Below are positions 62,324 to 64,000 of a stretch of 64,000 nt of DNA, piece after piece; position 1 is the stretch's first letter, and the number at the start of each line of letters is the position of its first letter. The position numbers were made by a program, and so were the translations under genes. A model generated the notes under the pieces. That model saw only the letters and a list, made by a program, of their open reading frames with translations, ran no database searches and was not told the origin of the DNA. The stretch is taken from contig OZ253444.1 in assembly GCA_965261065.1 (NCBI GenBank), positions 3,526,382-3,590,381 on the forward strand, read 5' to 3'. This DNA is from Bryobacterales bacterium. Lineage in GTDB: Bacteria > Acidobacteriota > Terriglobia > Bryobacterales > UBA6623.

Positions 62324-63343
62324 CTACGCCGAACAATCGATCAAGATCTTCATGCACTCGCCGCCGCTATCCATCTTCAGAAAACTCTCGCCCAGATGGT
62401 CGAGCGAGGTTGTCTCGGTCACCAGGCGGTCGAGCGGGAGCTTCGCCGACGCCGCCAAGTCGATCGCTTTCTGGAAGTCCTCGCGCTCGTAGACCCGCGC
62501 GCCCAGCAGCCGCAGTTCGCGCCAGAAGAACCGGAACAGATCAATCTTCGGCCGCTGCGCGAAGATGGCCACGACGATGATCCGCCCGCGCGTGCGCAGA
62601 AGCTAGGTCATCACCTCGGCGCCCGCGTCCGAGCCCGAGACTTCAAACACGGCGTCCGCGCCCACCCCGCCGGTGCGCTCCTCGACCCGCTCGGCGAGGT
62701 TTACCTCCTTGGGATTAACGGCCTCCAACCCCAACTGCCGCGCCAAATCCACCCGGAACGGATTCACTTCCGAGACCAGCACGCTGCCGCCGGCCTCTTG
62801 CGCCACCAAGGCGACCAGCATACCGATGGGCCCGCCGCCGATCACCACCACGTTTTCGCCGAGCTCGATCGCGCCCAGCCGCACGTCATGACACGCCACC
62901 GCCAGCGGCTCGATCATCGCGCCGTGCGCCAGCGACAGGTTCTCGGGCAGCCGCAGCAGCGTCTCGGCCGGCACCGTCCAGTAACGTTGGAACGCGCCGG
63001 GAGTGTCGATGCCCATGAAGTTGAGGTTCTGACAGATGTGGCTATGCCCGGCCCGGCACGCCGGACAACCGCCACACGGATCCAGCGGCATCACCGTCAC
63101 GTGCTCACCGAGCGCCCAGGTGCCGACGCCCTCGCCGGTCGCCGAGATCGCGCCCGACATCTCGTGCCCCAGGATTGCCGGCATCTTGACGCGCTTGTCC
63201 ATCGCGCCATGGAAGATGTGCAGGTCCGTGCCGCAGACGCCGCAGTGCTAGACTTCGATTTGCACCTGGCCCAGCCGGGGCGTGACGGGGGAGCATTCGC
63301 CCAGCGTGATGGTGCGGTCACCCGCGTAGAAAGCCGCTTTCAT
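62324..63343 (-). pseudogene. Zn-dependent alcohol/polyol dehydrogenase with two in-frame TAG codons and no frameshift
   Basis: The frame is continuous from ATG 63343 (MKAAFYAGDRTITLGE...) to the stop at 62324. Motifs are HCGVCGTDLH, GHEMSG, CGGCPACRAGHSHIC and GGGPIG. TAG codons sit at 63248-63250 (codon 32) and 62603-62605 (codon 247). Confidence 0.7.
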
Positions 63344-63439
63344 AATTCCCCGCCTGCCCCGACATCTTACTGGAACCGGGGTCAGCGTGTTGAAGCCCAG
63401 CCTGAAGCCGAACTTGAAGCGCGGCAGGCCGCCGCCCGT

Positions 63440-64000
63440 CTACAGCTTGTGGCCGCAGAACTTGCAATGAGTCGCGTCGTGGTCATGACCCTCGGCCGAG
63501 CACGACGGACACGCCTGCGTGCTCACCGCCTTCGGAACGCGCACCAGCTCGGCCGACACGATGCCCGTCGGCACGGCGATAATCCCGTAGCCCATGATCA
63601 TCAGCAGCGCCGACAGCATCTGCCCGAGGACGGTGGTCGGTGTAATGTCGCCATAGCCCACCGTGGTCATGGTCACGATCGCCCAATACATGCCGGTCGG
63701 GATGCTGGTGAAGCCGGCCTTCTCGCCTTCGATCAGATACATCGCCGAGCCCATGATCAAGACGACCGTCAGCACGGTCCCGAGGAAGACCGTGATCTTC
63801 GCACGGCTGGCCCGCAGGGCACGCAGAAGCTAGTCGGCCTCGCCGAGGTACTGCGCCAGCTTCAACACGCGGAAGACCCGCAGCAGGCGCAACGCGCGGA
63901 TCACCACCAGCGACTGCGTACCCGCGACGACCAAGCTGAGATAGGTAGGAATGATGGCCACCAAATCGACCAGCCCGAAAAAGCTAAACGCGTACTGAAG
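63440..64000 (-). pseudogene. Voltage-gated-type K+ channel (N-terminus beyond window) with one in-frame TAG
   Basis: S4 reads VIRALRLLRVFRVLKLAQYLGEAD*LLRALRASRAKITVFL, the selectivity filter is TTVGYGD, and there is a C-terminal Cys4 tail (CPSC...CKFC). The TAG is at 63830-63832. Confidence 0.7.

Overview
This is a GC-rich bacterial chromosomal segment. Gene content (a Ser/Thr kinase fused to TolB-like propeller blades, carboxypeptidase-regulatory-like repeat proteins) suggests Acidobacteriota, but that is inference only. The backbone is housekeeping: rho-engB-lon-clpX on the minus strand, pta, a short MetE-like methyltransferase, argC-argB, greA, ndk-sucD-sucC, trpD, tRNA-Phe, a ferredoxin and ku. 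On top of this sits an unusually heavy load of mobile DNA. There are eight full-length IS copies from six different elements (IS4/IS701-like, two IS630-family types, IS481, IS1595, IS110/IS1111-like) plus a 318-bp MITE derived from the IS481. By my coordinates this is about 10.8 kb, roughly 17% of the window, and at least ten genes are broken. Main observations: (1) A decayed DISARM-like drmA-drmB-drmC defence island lies between trpD and tRNA-Phe. drmA is truncated exactly at an IS630 end, and drmB is split by a head-to-tail IS630 dimer whose removal restores the frame. drmC is intact, no methylase is present, and the adjacent serine recombinase is frameshifted. (2) A membrane-anchored NB-ARC/TPR STAND NTPase is split by an IS110-type and an IS1595 element. 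Both excisions restore the frame, and the gene is flanked by two ORF-free tracts of about 0.9 kb. (3) An MtrAB/PioAB-like pair (decahaem cytochrome plus outer-membrane barrel) has its barrel gene broken by the MITE and a frameshift. (4) In-frame TAG codons occur in otherwise intact genes (both IS630-A copies, a Zn-ADH twice, a K+ channel), although TAG is also the commonest genuine stop here. (5) Several families of dispersed intergenic repeats and palindromes are present. Every call comes from reading the sequence and the ORF translations; no database search or folding program was available.
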